The position numbers and the translations under genes are program-made. The notes beneath the pieces were generated by a model. It was given only the letters and a program-made list of their open reading frames with translations. It was not told where the DNA came from and searched no databases. Source: Patescibacteria group bacterium (lineage in GTDB: Bacteria; Patescibacteriota; Patescibacteriia; UM-FILTER-42-10). Taken from it: 64,000 bases of DNA. The stretch lies in contig JBAYKW010000001.1 in NCBI GenBank assembly GCA_041664365.1, positions 244,465 to 308,464 on the forward strand, in the 5' to 3' direction. Shown piece by piece: positions 9,807 through 19,281 of the stretch. Numbering within the stretch: the stretch's first letter is position 1; the number at the start of each line of letters is the position of its first letter.

Positions 9807-10637
9807 CTAAAATAACGTTCCGTTTTTGTGCTTTCGTTCTTTTTTCTTAACAATTTTAGTTTCAACTGGCCTAATATTTGCAACTGGAGTGACCTTGATA
9901 GCTGCATCTCTATATCGACAATAATCACAATCCATATTTGCCTCAGGCAAAACTCTTGTGGATAGACACTGGTGAGCTTCTGTAATCGCTGTCTCCACCC
10001 ACGAGTCATTACCTGTATATGGCAAAAGGAATATTTCAAATTCTAATTTCTGGTCAAATGCCTCCCTGTCAGTTTTACCGTTACAATAAACGAAATAACC
10101 GGTCTTAGATACTTTAAAACCGTTTTTTCTTAATAACCATTGGTATATTTCCATCTGCCGTTTATAGCTTTCCTGCCATTCGGCATCAATCGAAATTTCC
10201 CCTTCTTTGGATGTCGCTTTATAATCAACAACGATCAACTCATCGCTTGAGTTAATCCATAAATCATCTATTGCTCCTTTTACCATGAAGTTTGTTGGCT
10301 CATGAAGATATGCCACACCTCCTCTTAACGCATTACGCCAGTGATCAATATCCTGGTGGGCAAAAGGTATCGCGTCGATCCCATAACTTTTCATTAATGG
10401 ATGCTGAGTTCCCTTAGCACGGTGCAAATCAAATTCCTTTTTCAGCAGTGTATCAACTGCAGAGTTCAGGTTAAACGGAAATCCCGGTGGTCTACCAACA
10501 CCCAGTTTGCGATCCAAGTAGAAACAACGCGGGCAGTCAATAAACAAATCGATTTTAGACCGGCTTAGATTAAACGGAATCTTTGAATTTGGATCGAACA
10601 GATTCTTCGAGCGTATGGGGTTATAATATTGTGACAC
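9807..10637 (-). CDS. PD-(D/E)XK nuclease superfamily protein (AddB/Cas4-like)
   Basis: LSRSKI..F.DCPRCFY, GAIDDL, VVDYK, RQMEIY, CDYC. Confidence 0.85.
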   Translation of the reverse strand: MSQYYNPIRSKNLFDPNSKIPFNLSRSKIDLFIDCPRCFYLDRKLGVGRPPGFPFNLNSAVDTLLKKEFDLHRAKGTQHPLMKSYGIDAIPFAHQDIDHWRNALRGGVAYLHEPTNFMVKGAIDDLWINSSDELIVVDYKATSKEGEISIDAEWQESYKRQMEIYQWLLRKNGFKVSKTGYFVYCNGKTDREAFDQKLEFEIFLLPYTGNDSWVETAITEAHQCLSTRVLPEANMDCDYCRYRDAAIKVTPVANIRPVETKIVKKKERKHKNGTLF

Positions 10638-10638
10638 T

Positions 10639-13407
10639 TTATTCTTGCGATAGTTGATTAATTACTTCTCCAAGCTCTTTAATTTTTGTGCCGTATATTG
10701 ACCAGTCGCCAACCTTTTGAGCTTCAATAGCAGCATTATATAATTGAGATGCCTGTTCGATAAGACTAATATCTGTTATTACAACAGTATCCTCAACTGG
10801 TTCACTAACTTCGGGAATTATTTCATTACTATCGTTAAATATTCTGCTCAGTGCCAGATCAAGTGTTTCCTCCATTGCAATTTTATTTTCATGGGCGACT
10901 ATTACCCGTTTTAATTCCGGAATTTTTCCGCCTTCTGCTCTCAAATAAATAGGCTGGACATAGATTAATGACTCTTCAATGGGAATAACCAGTAGATTTC
11001 CTGAAATTACTTCCGATCCCCGCTGATCCCACAATGAAATTTGCCTGGAAATTTCAGGATCCTGGTTTATCCGGTTGATTATCTGGTTTGGTCCATAAAC
11101 CAATTTCTGTTTCGGGAACCGATAAACAACAATTTTTCCGTAATTTTCATTATCATTTCGAGCGACCATCCATGCTGCAAGATTATCTTTGTCTTTTGGC
11201 GTAAAAGGCAACATTAATATGTACTCTTCTTTTTCTTCACCCGGAAGTTTCATTATCATATGTCTCATCATCGGATCTGTTTGATCATGTTCCGGCTGAA
11301 CTGGAATCTGCCATGCGTCTTCTTTATTGTAAAAATTCTGAGGTTCTTCCATGTGATATATTGAATATACATTGGTTTGAAACGCGAATAAATCTTCCGG
11401 ATAACGCACATGAGCACGTAAATCATCTGGCATGTCATCCATTGATTTAAATGCCCCATCAAATATTTTTTGATATGACCTGATAATCGGGTCATTTGTA
11501 TCTGAGACATACATATTGGTTTTCCCTGTATAGGCATTGATAGTAATTTTAACTGAATTTCTGATGTAATTTAAATTGGACGAAATAAATGATGTTTCCA
11601 ATGCGACATCTTTTAACCGGGAATCAGAAACTTTTTCCGCGTATGGATATAAATCACTTGTTGTGTATGCGTCATAAATCCATTCTAACCCACCGTTTTC
11701 AGTTATAACAAGATACGGATCCAAATCAAATTTCAAAAACGGCAATAATTTTCTGACACGTTCATCAATATCCCGATACATCATTAATCGTGATTCGGAT
11801 GTAATATCATTAGACAGAAAAAGCTTTGAAGATTTAAATCTTAGGGCGAAAAGAAGTTTGTCAAAAATAGATGATATTTTGATGCCTCCATCCCCTGAGT
11901 ATGTTGAGTAGATGTTATCTTCACCTGATGGATAATTAAACTCCTTGGCATCAGTATTTACGATTACATAGTCATTCGGCATTTCACCGAAGTATATTTC
12001 CGGATTAGCTATTTCTGTTTCTGCTAATGATGATTGCGGCGGGAGGTCTTTTACATATAAAACCGGCAAGCCTTCCTTGGTTACCTCATTTACCGGACTG
12101 AGTGTTAGACCGTACCCATGAGTAAATGTCAGATGCTCATTAATAAAATTCAATTGCGGGAGGTTGGCTGTATTAAGTTCCCTGGCAGAAAGTAATACTT
12201 GTCTTAAGTTTCCACCAATTGTATAGCGGTCATTATCAACGGACAAAAAGTCATAGTATGTCCTTATTTCCTGCAACTGGCTAAATGTATCGAGTAGAGG
12301 GTCGCGGTCCCATAAACGGATATTCTGGATTGTTAATTTATTATCTTCAATATCTTTGCTGGTTAATAATGTTTCACCGGTCAAATCCCTTTTTTCAATA
12401 TTATCAATGCCATACGCTTTTTGTGTTGCACTTATATTGTTTTCAATATAAGGAGTTTCTTTTGCAAATTCATTCGGCAAAACAATAAATTGCTGGACGA
12501 TCTCCGGCACAACCCAACCGCCGACAATTCCGGTTAACAGATATATGCCGATACTGGTAATCATCATTCTGGTCACACTTTTAAAAGCATGAATGAACAA
12601 TATTAAACCGACCAGTAATGCAATCACCGCAGAAATTTGCAATACAGGAATAGCTACATGTACATCAGTATAGCTTGCACCGACGAAATTACCGGTTTTA
12701 CTATATACCAATGACGGTATATCAATTAAATAAGTTTTTAAAGAAATCAACACGAATAACAGTGAAAACAATACTGAAATAAATCTTTTTGCCGAATGGA
12801 TAACGCCGGTTCTGAAAAAGTTTTTCAAACCGCCTCTGATTTGGATTACTCCCAACATAAAGTAAATCAGCAAAGAACCTGCAATACCGATGAATATTAT
12901 TGACTCAAACAACTGGATAATGATCCGGATAAACGGAACCGTAAAAATATAATAAGAGATATCTTTCTCAAACAGCGGGTCAACCGAGTTGAAAGGAGTT
13001 CTGTTCCAGTATAAAAGAATTGTTTCCCAGCTGTTTGCAATAGTAATCCCAATAATTATTGATATAAAAATAGTAAGCGGGATAGTTATTTTCTTTATTA
13101 TCGGACCCGCCTCAATAAGTTTTACTTTCGGGCCCTGTGGTGTGTTAATTTTTACATTAAATGACCTGGATGACGGCGAAAACTTCCGTGCCAAAGTAAA
13201 AATCAAAGAAAGAACCAAAAATACCAGGATTGCCGTACCGAATCCTAAAATTAGTTTCAAAATCAGCGGGGTTGTAAATAGTTGCTGATAACCCACTTCA
13301 TTAAACCAGAACCAATCAGTAATTAAATTTACACCACCTAAAAGAATTATGGCAACTATGAAAAGTATGCCGATTGCCAATAGAACGAATTTTTGAAATT
13401 TTCCCAT
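10639..13407 (-). CDS. UPF0182 family membrane protein
   Basis: TDWFWF.EVGY, NIRLWD, QLQEIRTYYDF, FTHGYG, NYIRNSVK, IPELKRVIV. Confidence 0.95.
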   Translation of the reverse strand: MGKFQKFVLLAIGILFIVAIILLGGVNLITDWFWFNEVGYQQLFTTPLILKLILGFGTAILVFLVLSLIFTLARKFSPSSRSFNVKINTPQGPKVKLIEAGPIIKKITIPLTIFISIIIGITIANSWETILLYWNRTPFNSVDPLFEKDISYYIFTVPFIRIIIQLFESIIFIGIAGSLLIYFMLGVIQIRGGLKNFFRTGVIHSAKRFISVLFSLLFVLISLKTYLIDIPSLVYSKTGNFVGASYTDVHVAIPVLQISAVIALLVGLILFIHAFKSVTRMMITSIGIYLLTGIVGGWVVPEIVQQFIVLPNEFAKETPYIENNISATQKAYGIDNIEKRDLTGETLLTSKDIEDNKLTIQNIRLWDRDPLLDTFSQLQEIRTYYDFLSVDNDRYTIGGNLRQVLLSARELNTANLPQLNFINEHLTFTHGYGLTLSPVNEVTKEGLPVLYVKDLPPQSSLAETEIANPEIYFGEMPNDYVIVNTDAKEFNYPSGEDNIYSTYSGDGGIKISSIFDKLLFALRFKSSKLFLSNDITSESRLMMYRDIDERVRKLLPFLKFDLDPYLVITENGGLEWIYDAYTTSDLYPYAEKVSDSRLKDVALETSFISSNLNYIRNSVKITINAYTGKTNMYVSDTNDPIIRSYQKIFDGAFKSMDDMPDDLRAHVRYPEDLFAFQTNVYSIYHMEEPQNFYNKEDAWQIPVQPEHDQTDPMMRHMIMKLPGEEKEEYILMLPFTPKDKDNLAAWMVARNDNENYGKIVVYRFPKQKLVYGPNQIINRINQDPEISRQISLWDQRGSEVISGNLLVIPIEESLIYVQPIYLRAEGGKIPELKRVIVAHENKIAMEETLDLALSRIFNDSNEIIPEVSEPVEDTVVITDISLIEQASQLYNAAIEAQKVGDWSIYGTKIKELGEVINQLSQE

Positions 13408-13484
13408 TTATTTGTATTTAGCGAAATTATACTGACATTATACACTTATTTCCAATTTCTGTTGATAGTAATGATTATGGGATA

Positions 13485-13513
13485 TTGACAATCCGATATA
13501 TACATGCTAGCGT
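13485..13513 (+). promoter_or_regulatory. sigma70 promoter for the putative ncRNA
   Basis: TTGACA-17bp-TAGCGT with extended TG. Confidence 0.6.
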
Positions 13514-13519
13514 GCTGCT

Positions 13520-13654
13520 TACTGGAGGGATGGTTATACATCCGATTCGGGGGATGCAACTTGATGCTGCGGGTTGGAATTTTCACCAGAAAGTTGTTAC
13601 AACTTAAAAGTAGTCAAATTCCACCACGGGTACTTAGGTTCATCTCCCTTTTTT
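13520..13654 (+). ncRNA. ssrS: putative compact 6S RNA
   Basis: Own promoter, rod-like fold (GGGAUG/CAUCUC closing stem; UUGAUGCU/AGUAGUCAA and GGGUUG/CAACUU around a GC/AAA internal loop), GCGGGUUGG and CUUAAAAG resemble 6S conserved segments, ends in a U-tract. Confidence 0.55.
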
Positions 13655-13675
13655 ATTACATATATAGACAATCTT

Positions 13676-13690
13676 TGGTATAATCTACTA
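13676..13690 (+). promoter_or_regulatory. extended -10 promoter giving a leaderless dus mRNA
   Basis: TGG-TATAAT, then 6 nt to ATG at 13691. Confidence 0.6.
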
Positions 13691-14665
13691 ATGCAAAATA
13701 AAAACATTTCAACCAATTTCTGGCAAGGTCTAAAAAGACCATTCTTAGTTATGGCGCCAATGGACGATATTACGGATATTGCCTACAGGCAGATTGTAAA
13801 ATTGTGCGGTAAGCCTGACGTATTATTCACAGAATTTGTTTCCGTTGACGGATTATGCTCTGCCGGAAAGAATCGTTTATTGCATGATCTGAAATTCATC
13901 AAAAATGAAAAACCGATTGTTGCGCAAGTGTTTGGCAGTACTCCGGAAAATTTCACTAAAACTGCAGTTATCATCGATAAACTTGGTTTTGACGGAATTG
14001 ATATTAATATGGGTTGTCCATTCAAAACAATAGAGAAACAGGGTGCCGGAGCCGCGCTGATTAAAAATCCCGCTTTGGCGCAGAAAATAATTGAGGCAAC
14101 AAAAAAAGGGGCTGGAAAGATGCCTGTATCTGTTAAAACTAGAATCGGATACGGCAGGGACAGCTCAAAGATTTGGATACCCGAGCTATTGGAAATGAAT
14201 CCTGCTGCGCTGACAATCCATGCAAGAACACAAAAAGAAAAATCCCGGGTTCCTGCGCATTGGGATATAGTCAAAGAGATTAGCATAAATATCAAACAAA
14301 GAAAAAGTAAGACTGTGCTTATCGGGAATGGTGACGTTGAAAGCGTTGAGGATGCTTTATCAAAGGCAGAAACCTATCGTGCAGACGGCATAATGATCGG
14401 CAGGGCGGTAATGAATAATCCATGGTTTTTTTCCGGGCGTAAGGATACGGAAATCACACGCGAGGAAAGGATTGATCTGCTTTTAAAACATGCCTTGCTT
14501 TATGAAAAATATTTTTCGGGAATAAAGAGGTTCGATAATTTAAAAAAGTTCTATTCTTCATACATTGCCAATTTTGACGAATCAAAAAAACTGCGTATAA
14601 AACTTATGAAAGCGCAGAATTCTGCAGAAATGAAAAAAATTATCAATGATTTTCTAGGTGATTGA
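13691..14665 (+). CDS. dus: tRNA-dihydrouridine synthase
   Basis: MAPM, FTEFV, DGIDINMGCP, GAGAAL, SVKTRIG, IHART, GNGDV, GIMIGRA; start at 13691 rather than 13574. Confidence 0.93.
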   Translation: MQNKNISTNFWQGLKRPFLVMAPMDDITDIAYRQIVKLCGKPDVLFTEFVSVDGLCSAGKNRLLHDLKFIKNEKPIVAQVFGSTPENFTKTAVIIDKLGFDGIDINMGCPFKTIEKQGAGAALIKNPALAQKIIEATKKGAGKMPVSVKTRIGYGRDSSKIWIPELLEMNPAALTIHARTQKEKSRVPAHWDIVKEISINIKQRKSKTVLIGNGDVESVEDALSKAETYRADGIMIGRAVMNNPWFFSGRKDTEITREERIDLLLKHALLYEKYFSGIKRFDNLKKFYSSYIANFDESKKLRIKLMKAQNSAEMKKIINDFLGD

Positions 14666-15349
14666 GTGTTTTGCTTTAATTATCTTTTCTGCCTTTTCAT
14701 AGCTGTCTAATCTTTTTATTTTAATACCGAATTTCCGCCAGGGTACTTTATAAACAAATGAAGGCAACCAACCGGAGATGCCGGATTTTCTTGGTTTTAC
14801 AGAAAATAATACCTTTGGAATATAAGTGCCGACATACCCTGATTCAAGCATGGTTAACCAGAGATCCCAGTCCTGTAACCGTGCAATATTTACATCAAAT
14901 CCCGGAAAGCAGTTTTTTCTGATTAATGAGTTTGTATGAATATAATTCTTTATATATAACTCTCCCTTATTAAAGGGATACAGTTTAAATATTTTTGCAC
15001 CCCACATAAAATCTGAATAGGCATAAGATGCGTTCTGGTCATGATCCAAGGCATGCTTCATCTCTTCAAGCATGTTTTTATCGGCAATGATATCAGCATC
15101 ACAAAATAGCAGATAATCTCCTATTGCTGACTTAGAACCATTATTTCTTGCTGCATTCGATCCGGAATTAGCCTGATTAATTACTTTAATTCTATCTTTA
15201 TAATGCTCCAAAACAATTTTGGTATTGTCTGTCGAGCCGTCATTTACGACAATTATCTCAAAATCTTGATATGTCTGAGCAAATAAAGAGTCCAGGCACT
15301 GTTTTAGTGCTTGTCCATGCTGATATGTTGGAATGATAATACTGATCAT
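14654..15349 (-). CDS. GT2 glycosyltransferase
   Basis: ISIIIPTY, VNDGSTD, AARNNG, FCDAD, QDWDLWL. Confidence 0.9.
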   Translation of the reverse strand: MISIIIPTYQHGQALKQCLDSLFAQTYQDFEIIVVNDGSTDNTKIVLEHYKDRIKVINQANSGSNAARNNGSKSAIGDYLLFCDADIIADKNMLEEMKHALDHDQNASYAYSDFMWGAKIFKLYPFNKGELYIKNYIHTNSLIRKNCFPGFDVNIARLQDWDLWLTMLESGYVGTYIPKVLFSVKPRKSGISGWLPSFVYKVPWRKFGIKIKRLDSYEKAEKIIKAKHSIT

Positions 15350-15446
15350 ATATTGATATTTACTGCTTACATCATAAATCGTATTTCTTTATTTGCATAG
15401 AGCAAATTAAAAACTGCGAAAAATATTGCGCAGTATTCATTGCTGA

Positions 15447-16577
15447 TTACAAAATATCTCTAAATCTTTGAGCTTTTATTTCCCAATTGAACTCAGCTTT
15501 TACACGTGCCATCCCCTGCTCACCAAGCATATTTGCATACAAAGAATCGGTAAGTAAATTTATAACACACTTTGCAATCTCAGCTGGTTTTTTCGGTTCA
15601 ACCAATACTCCTGTTTTTTTATGTAAGACTGCATCACTGACTCCTCCGGAATTATATGCTACAACCGGCTTGCCGAACGCATTCGCCTCAAGATATACAA
15701 TACCAAACCCCTCAACATCGTTATTGGCAAGTATTCTTGTCGGCATCACAAATATATCAGCCAACCGGTACAAACTTGGCAAATCATTCCGTTCGACGAC
15801 ACCGGTAAATGTTACATACTGTTGTAATTCATTCTGATTAATGAATCTTTCCAGCTCAGCACGATAAGGCCCATCAGACGAGATGACATAGTTAATGTTC
15901 GGGATGTGTTTTACAATTTCTGGCAATGCTTTAAGCACATCCATATGACCTTTCCGCTCAATGATACGCCCGACGGTTAGCAATATTCGTTTTCCGCTCA
16001 GGTTGTACCGATCAGATATTTCTCTGCGTGAATCATTCGAATTATTTTCAAGGATATCTGTTCCGGGAGAAATAATAATAATTCTATTATCTTGTATCCC
16101 TAAATCTAATATTTTACTTTTTGTATAGTGACTGACTGTAACTATTTTGGTACTCCTGTTCAATATCTTTTTTGCCAGCCATGTTTTTCTTGTTGACGAT
16201 TCAAGTATTGTAATATCCATGGCGTGGGTTGATACAATATACGGAATTTTAAACAGAAAATTGATCAGTAAAGCCACTGTTCCTACCGGCAGAATTTGCC
16301 CGACAAGGATTTGCTGATAATCATTATTTCTCATTATGCTTGATACCGTCTTTAAAAGAAGTAGCCATTTTGGCCAGATTATTCGCCATGTAGTAAAAAA
16401 TCTGCTTCTTATAATATTATAATTCTGTTTTGCATCAAAAACATCTGAACCACTTTCAATAGTCGTCAGAACAGTAATTTCTTCTCTTGGTAATCGGGAG
16501 CATATCTGTGAAAGATACTCAGATACCCCTCCTATTTTTGGGGGAAAATCAGTTGTTATTAGTAGTGTTTTCAGCAT
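15447..16577 (-). CDS. GT4 glycosyltransferase (PimA/PimB-like)
   Basis: DFPPKIGG, TVGR..RKG, EGFGIVYLEA...GKPVV. Confidence 0.92.
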   Translation of the reverse strand: MLKTLLITTDFPPKIGGVSEYLSQICSRLPREEITVLTTIESGSDVFDAKQNYNIIRSRFFTTWRIIWPKWLLLLKTVSSIMRNNDYQQILVGQILPVGTVALLINFLFKIPYIVSTHAMDITILESSTRKTWLAKKILNRSTKIVTVSHYTKSKILDLGIQDNRIIIISPGTDILENNSNDSRREISDRYNLSGKRILLTVGRIIERKGHMDVLKALPEIVKHIPNINYVISSDGPYRAELERFINQNELQQYVTFTGVVERNDLPSLYRLADIFVMPTRILANNDVEGFGIVYLEANAFGKPVVAYNSGGVSDAVLHKKTGVLVEPKKPAEIAKCVINLLTDSLYANMLGEQGMARVKAEFNWEIKAQRFRDIL

Positions 16578-18024
16578 TTTTCTTTTTGAATACTGACAAT
16601 AAAACGGCCTTTAGATCTTTTACCGAAACTGCTTTAATCGCAAATATTAATATAACGTAAATAAGTATTCCAATGGGCATTAACAATAAAATTGATAAAT
16701 CATCTTTTAACAAATACAGCAGTATTCCCATCGCAACACTCGAAAATAACAGTTTTATAAACTTGGTAAAAAGCAGTTTCTTGTTATATGGAGCAATCTT
16801 ACCTACCCATGGCATTCCGAGCAGTATTAATACGACTGCGCTTACTACAGCTGCAATGCTTGCGCCAATATAGGTATGCTTCGGAATCAGTATTACATTG
16901 AGGATAATATTAATTGCCGTCGCAATCCCCATATTTATAGAGTTTATTTTTTGCTTATTGCAGGCGTTGAGAAAATTACCTATGGGGTAATTCAAGAAAA
17001 CAAACACCAGTCCGGAAATAATAATCTGAAACGCAATAATTGATGCCGAGAATGCCGGACCGTAAAGTTTTAATATTATTCTTTCAGCAAGCACGAAAGA
17101 TCCGGTAGCAATCGGCAGACTTACTCCCATCAGATAAATCATCGCTTTTTCAAATGTATGCGCCAGATCATTTTTAGATGTCACAAAATATCTGCTCATG
17201 GCAGGATAAAAACTTGTTGCGACCGCACCAGGAATAAATGTCAGCGACATATTGAATTTAGATGCAATTGAATACCAGCCGACATACTTATCACCTGCCA
17301 TAACGCCGAGCAAAACTTTATCAATTTCATTATTAACTTTAAAAAATATTCCGGCGATTGCAAACGGAATAGCAATTTTCAAAAGCGTACCGACTATTTT
17401 TTTATCCCATTTAATCCTCAAATGAAGCTTTGCTTTATAAATAATTAAGCATAGTGAATAAGTAAAATTAAAAATGCTACCCAGTAAAACTGCACCAACA
17501 ACCCCCCTTATCGATAAACCAAAAACGACTCCGGCGATACCGGCACCAACAATGATTATCTGATATATTGTGAGTCCAATAGCCTCGAAATGCAGCTTCT
17601 GATATGCGCGGAATATCGCATAGAACGAGAATGTAAAGGAATCCAGAATAACGATCGCGACAGCCACGTAGATGACCTGCATCGTGAGAGCGTCTCTGCC
17701 CATGGCAATTGCTGATAAAATGATAGCCAATGCAACAATACCTGAAAATAATATTTTAATCCCTAAGACTGACGATAAATAATCCTTTGCCTTTTCATAA
17801 TCCCTTGATATCTCTCTTGTTAAAACAGGGCCAAGACCAAACTCGATAAAAAGCGCGAAGATACCAGCAAAAGACAGCGCCCAAACGTATTTACCGATAC
17901 TGTCACTGCCAAGCTGGCGTGAAATATACGCAAAATAAAAAAAAGACAGAACCTTTTGAAAAATAAAGGCTCCTGTCAATAATGTCGTATTTCTGGCTAT
18001 TCTGCCATTTGAAGATATCTCCAT
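16549..18024 (-). CDS. Wzx-type polysaccharide flippase
   Basis: IARNT, R.LG...IG.Y, TREIS, VGWYS.A, LNVILIP...YIGASIA; 12-14 TM. Confidence 0.9.
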   Translation of the reverse strand: MEISSNGRIARNTTLLTGAFIFQKVLSFFYFAYISRQLGSDSIGKYVWALSFAGIFALFIEFGLGPVLTREISRDYEKAKDYLSSVLGIKILFSGIVALAIILSAIAMGRDALTMQVIYVAVAIVILDSFTFSFYAIFRAYQKLHFEAIGLTIYQIIIVGAGIAGVVFGLSIRGVVGAVLLGSIFNFTYSLCLIIYKAKLHLRIKWDKKIVGTLLKIAIPFAIAGIFFKVNNEIDKVLLGVMAGDKYVGWYSIASKFNMSLTFIPGAVATSFYPAMSRYFVTSKNDLAHTFEKAMIYLMGVSLPIATGSFVLAERIILKLYGPAFSASIIAFQIIISGLVFVFLNYPIGNFLNACNKQKINSINMGIATAINIILNVILIPKHTYIGASIAAVVSAVVLILLGMPWVGKIAPYNKKLLFTKFIKLLFSSVAMGILLYLLKDDLSILLLMPIGILIYVILIFAIKAVSVKDLKAVLLSVFKKKNAENTTNNN

Positions 18025-18034
18025 TGAAAATAGA

Positions 18035-18538
18035 TTATCTTTTTGCCCATTGTGGGGCTCTTCTTGCTTTCTTTAAACCGTATTTCTTTCTTTCTTTCAC
18101 TCTTGGATCACGTTTCAGGAAGCCCGCTTTCTTTAACTGTGATCTCAGTTCTGGGTTATACTTTTCCAGTAATCTGGCAATACCCAATCTAACACTTTCA
18201 GCTTGACCATGCTTGCCACCACCCAGCACTCTGATAGTGATTTGTCCTGGATTCAGACTAACTAATTCAAGTGGCATTCTGACAATTTTCTGTAAATTTG
18301 CAGTCGGAAAATATACCTCCATCTTTTTATCATTAACTTCCATTTCGCCATCTTTTTTCTGATACAGTCTTACTCTGGCAATAGATGCTTTTCTTCTACC
18401 AACCGCAAAAAGATAGTCACGTTTAATCACTTTCTTTTTTTCCACTACAACTTCTTTACTCACTGCAGCCTTTTTCTTCGGTCGGCCTCTTTTTTTTGTC
18501 ACGGGACTTTTTTCAGTTGGCTTCTTGGTAGGTGTCAT
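18035..18538 (-). CDS. rpsI: 30S ribosomal protein S9 with Lys-rich N-terminal extension
   Basis: GRRKASIARV, GGG..GQA, RDPRVKERKKYGLKKARRAPQWAKR. Confidence 0.97.
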   Translation of the reverse strand: MTPTKKPTEKSPVTKKRGRPKKKAAVSKEVVVEKKKVIKRDYLFAVGRRKASIARVRLYQKKDGEMEVNDKKMEVYFPTANLQKIVRMPLELVSLNPGQITIRVLGGGKHGQAESVRLGIARLLEKYNPELRSQLKKAGFLKRDPRVKERKKYGLKKARRAPQWAKR

Positions 18539-18543
18539 ATTTG

Positions 18544-18921
18544 CTATTTTTTAAACTGTATATTTTTTAGCATTCTTGGACGTAGCTTGTTCTTCGGTAG
18601 CATATTTCTTACAACTTTTATTATAAGCTGTTCCGGATCTTTTTTAAACAATTCATCCATATTTTTTGTGGTAATACCGCCCGGATATCCGCTGTATTTG
18701 TGGTAGAGCTTATCGTTCATTTTATTGCCGGTTGTTGAAACTTTACCTGCATTAGAAACAACTACGACAACGTGCGCCAGTTTTTCCGGCGAAAACGAAA
18801 CAAGTCTCTTTCCTTGAACGGAAAAAGCAATATCAGAAGCAACTCTGCCGATCGATTTTCCTTCAGCGTCTATTCTGTATATGTGTGGCTTTGGTACCAC
18901 TGTATTATTTTTCTTTTTCAT
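18544..18921 (-). CDS. rplM: 50S ribosomal protein L13 (shortened)
   Basis: IDAEGK.IGRVAS, VVVSNA.KV..TGNK, Y..YSGYPGG, MLPKN. Confidence 0.93.
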   Translation of the reverse strand: MKKKNNTVVPKPHIYRIDAEGKSIGRVASDIAFSVQGKRLVSFSPEKLAHVVVVVSNAGKVSTTGNKMNDKLYHKYSGYPGGITTKNMDELFKKDPEQLIIKVVRNMLPKNKLRPRMLKNIQFKK

Positions 18922-19273
18922 TTTGTAATACTAATTCAATTCTTACTGTAGGAGCATTATCTCCCTTTCTGTTGCCAATTTTCGATATTCTGGTATATCC
19001 GCCCGGTCTCTCCTTAAATCTTGCACCTAGCAGAAAAAGCTTTTTCACTGCCTTTTCCGTATCCAATGACTTCATTATAGTTCTCCTATTAACAACATTT
19101 TCTGTTTTAGCTAATGTAATCATTTTTTCTACGTAAGATCTAAGCAGTTTTGCCTTGGTTGCTGTAATTGTCAGCTTTTCATGCAAAATCAAACTCTGAG
19201 CCATGCTATTCATTAAAGCTTTGCGTGGTGACTTTTTACGATCTAAAATTCCTTTTGCTTTTTTATGTCTCAT
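18905..19273 (-). CDS. rplQ: 50S ribosomal protein L17
   Basis: MRHKK, KAK.LR.YVEKMIT, RPGGYTRI.K...RKGDNA. Confidence 0.97.
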   Translation of the reverse strand: MRHKKAKGILDRKKSPRKALMNSMAQSLILHEKLTITATKAKLLRSYVEKMITLAKTENVVNRRTIMKSLDTEKAVKKLFLLGARFKERPGGYTRISKIGNRKGDNAPTVRIELVLQNEKEK

Positions 19274-19281
19274 AAATTCAT

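Noticed and set aside
9807-10637. cas4 of a CRISPR-Cas locus
   Set aside because: No cas1/cas2 or array, and the Cys pattern differs from Cas4.
13566-13590. tRNA T-arm-like GCGGGTTGGAAT...CCA
   Set aside because: No TTCRA loop and no acceptor or anticodon stems; it fits the 6S-like rod better.
13574-13690. N-terminal extension of Dus in the ORF track
   Set aside because: It overlaps the ncRNA and the -10 box; Dus motifs begin after the ATG at 13691.
13783-14295. Long antisense ORFs (also 27185-27697, 49726-50127 and others)
   Set aside because: Shadow frames of well-supported genes, with no motifs or expression signals.
15372-15440. 22-codon minus-strand ORF in the GT4-GT2 gap
   Set aside because: Too short with no supporting features; the region more likely holds a promoter.
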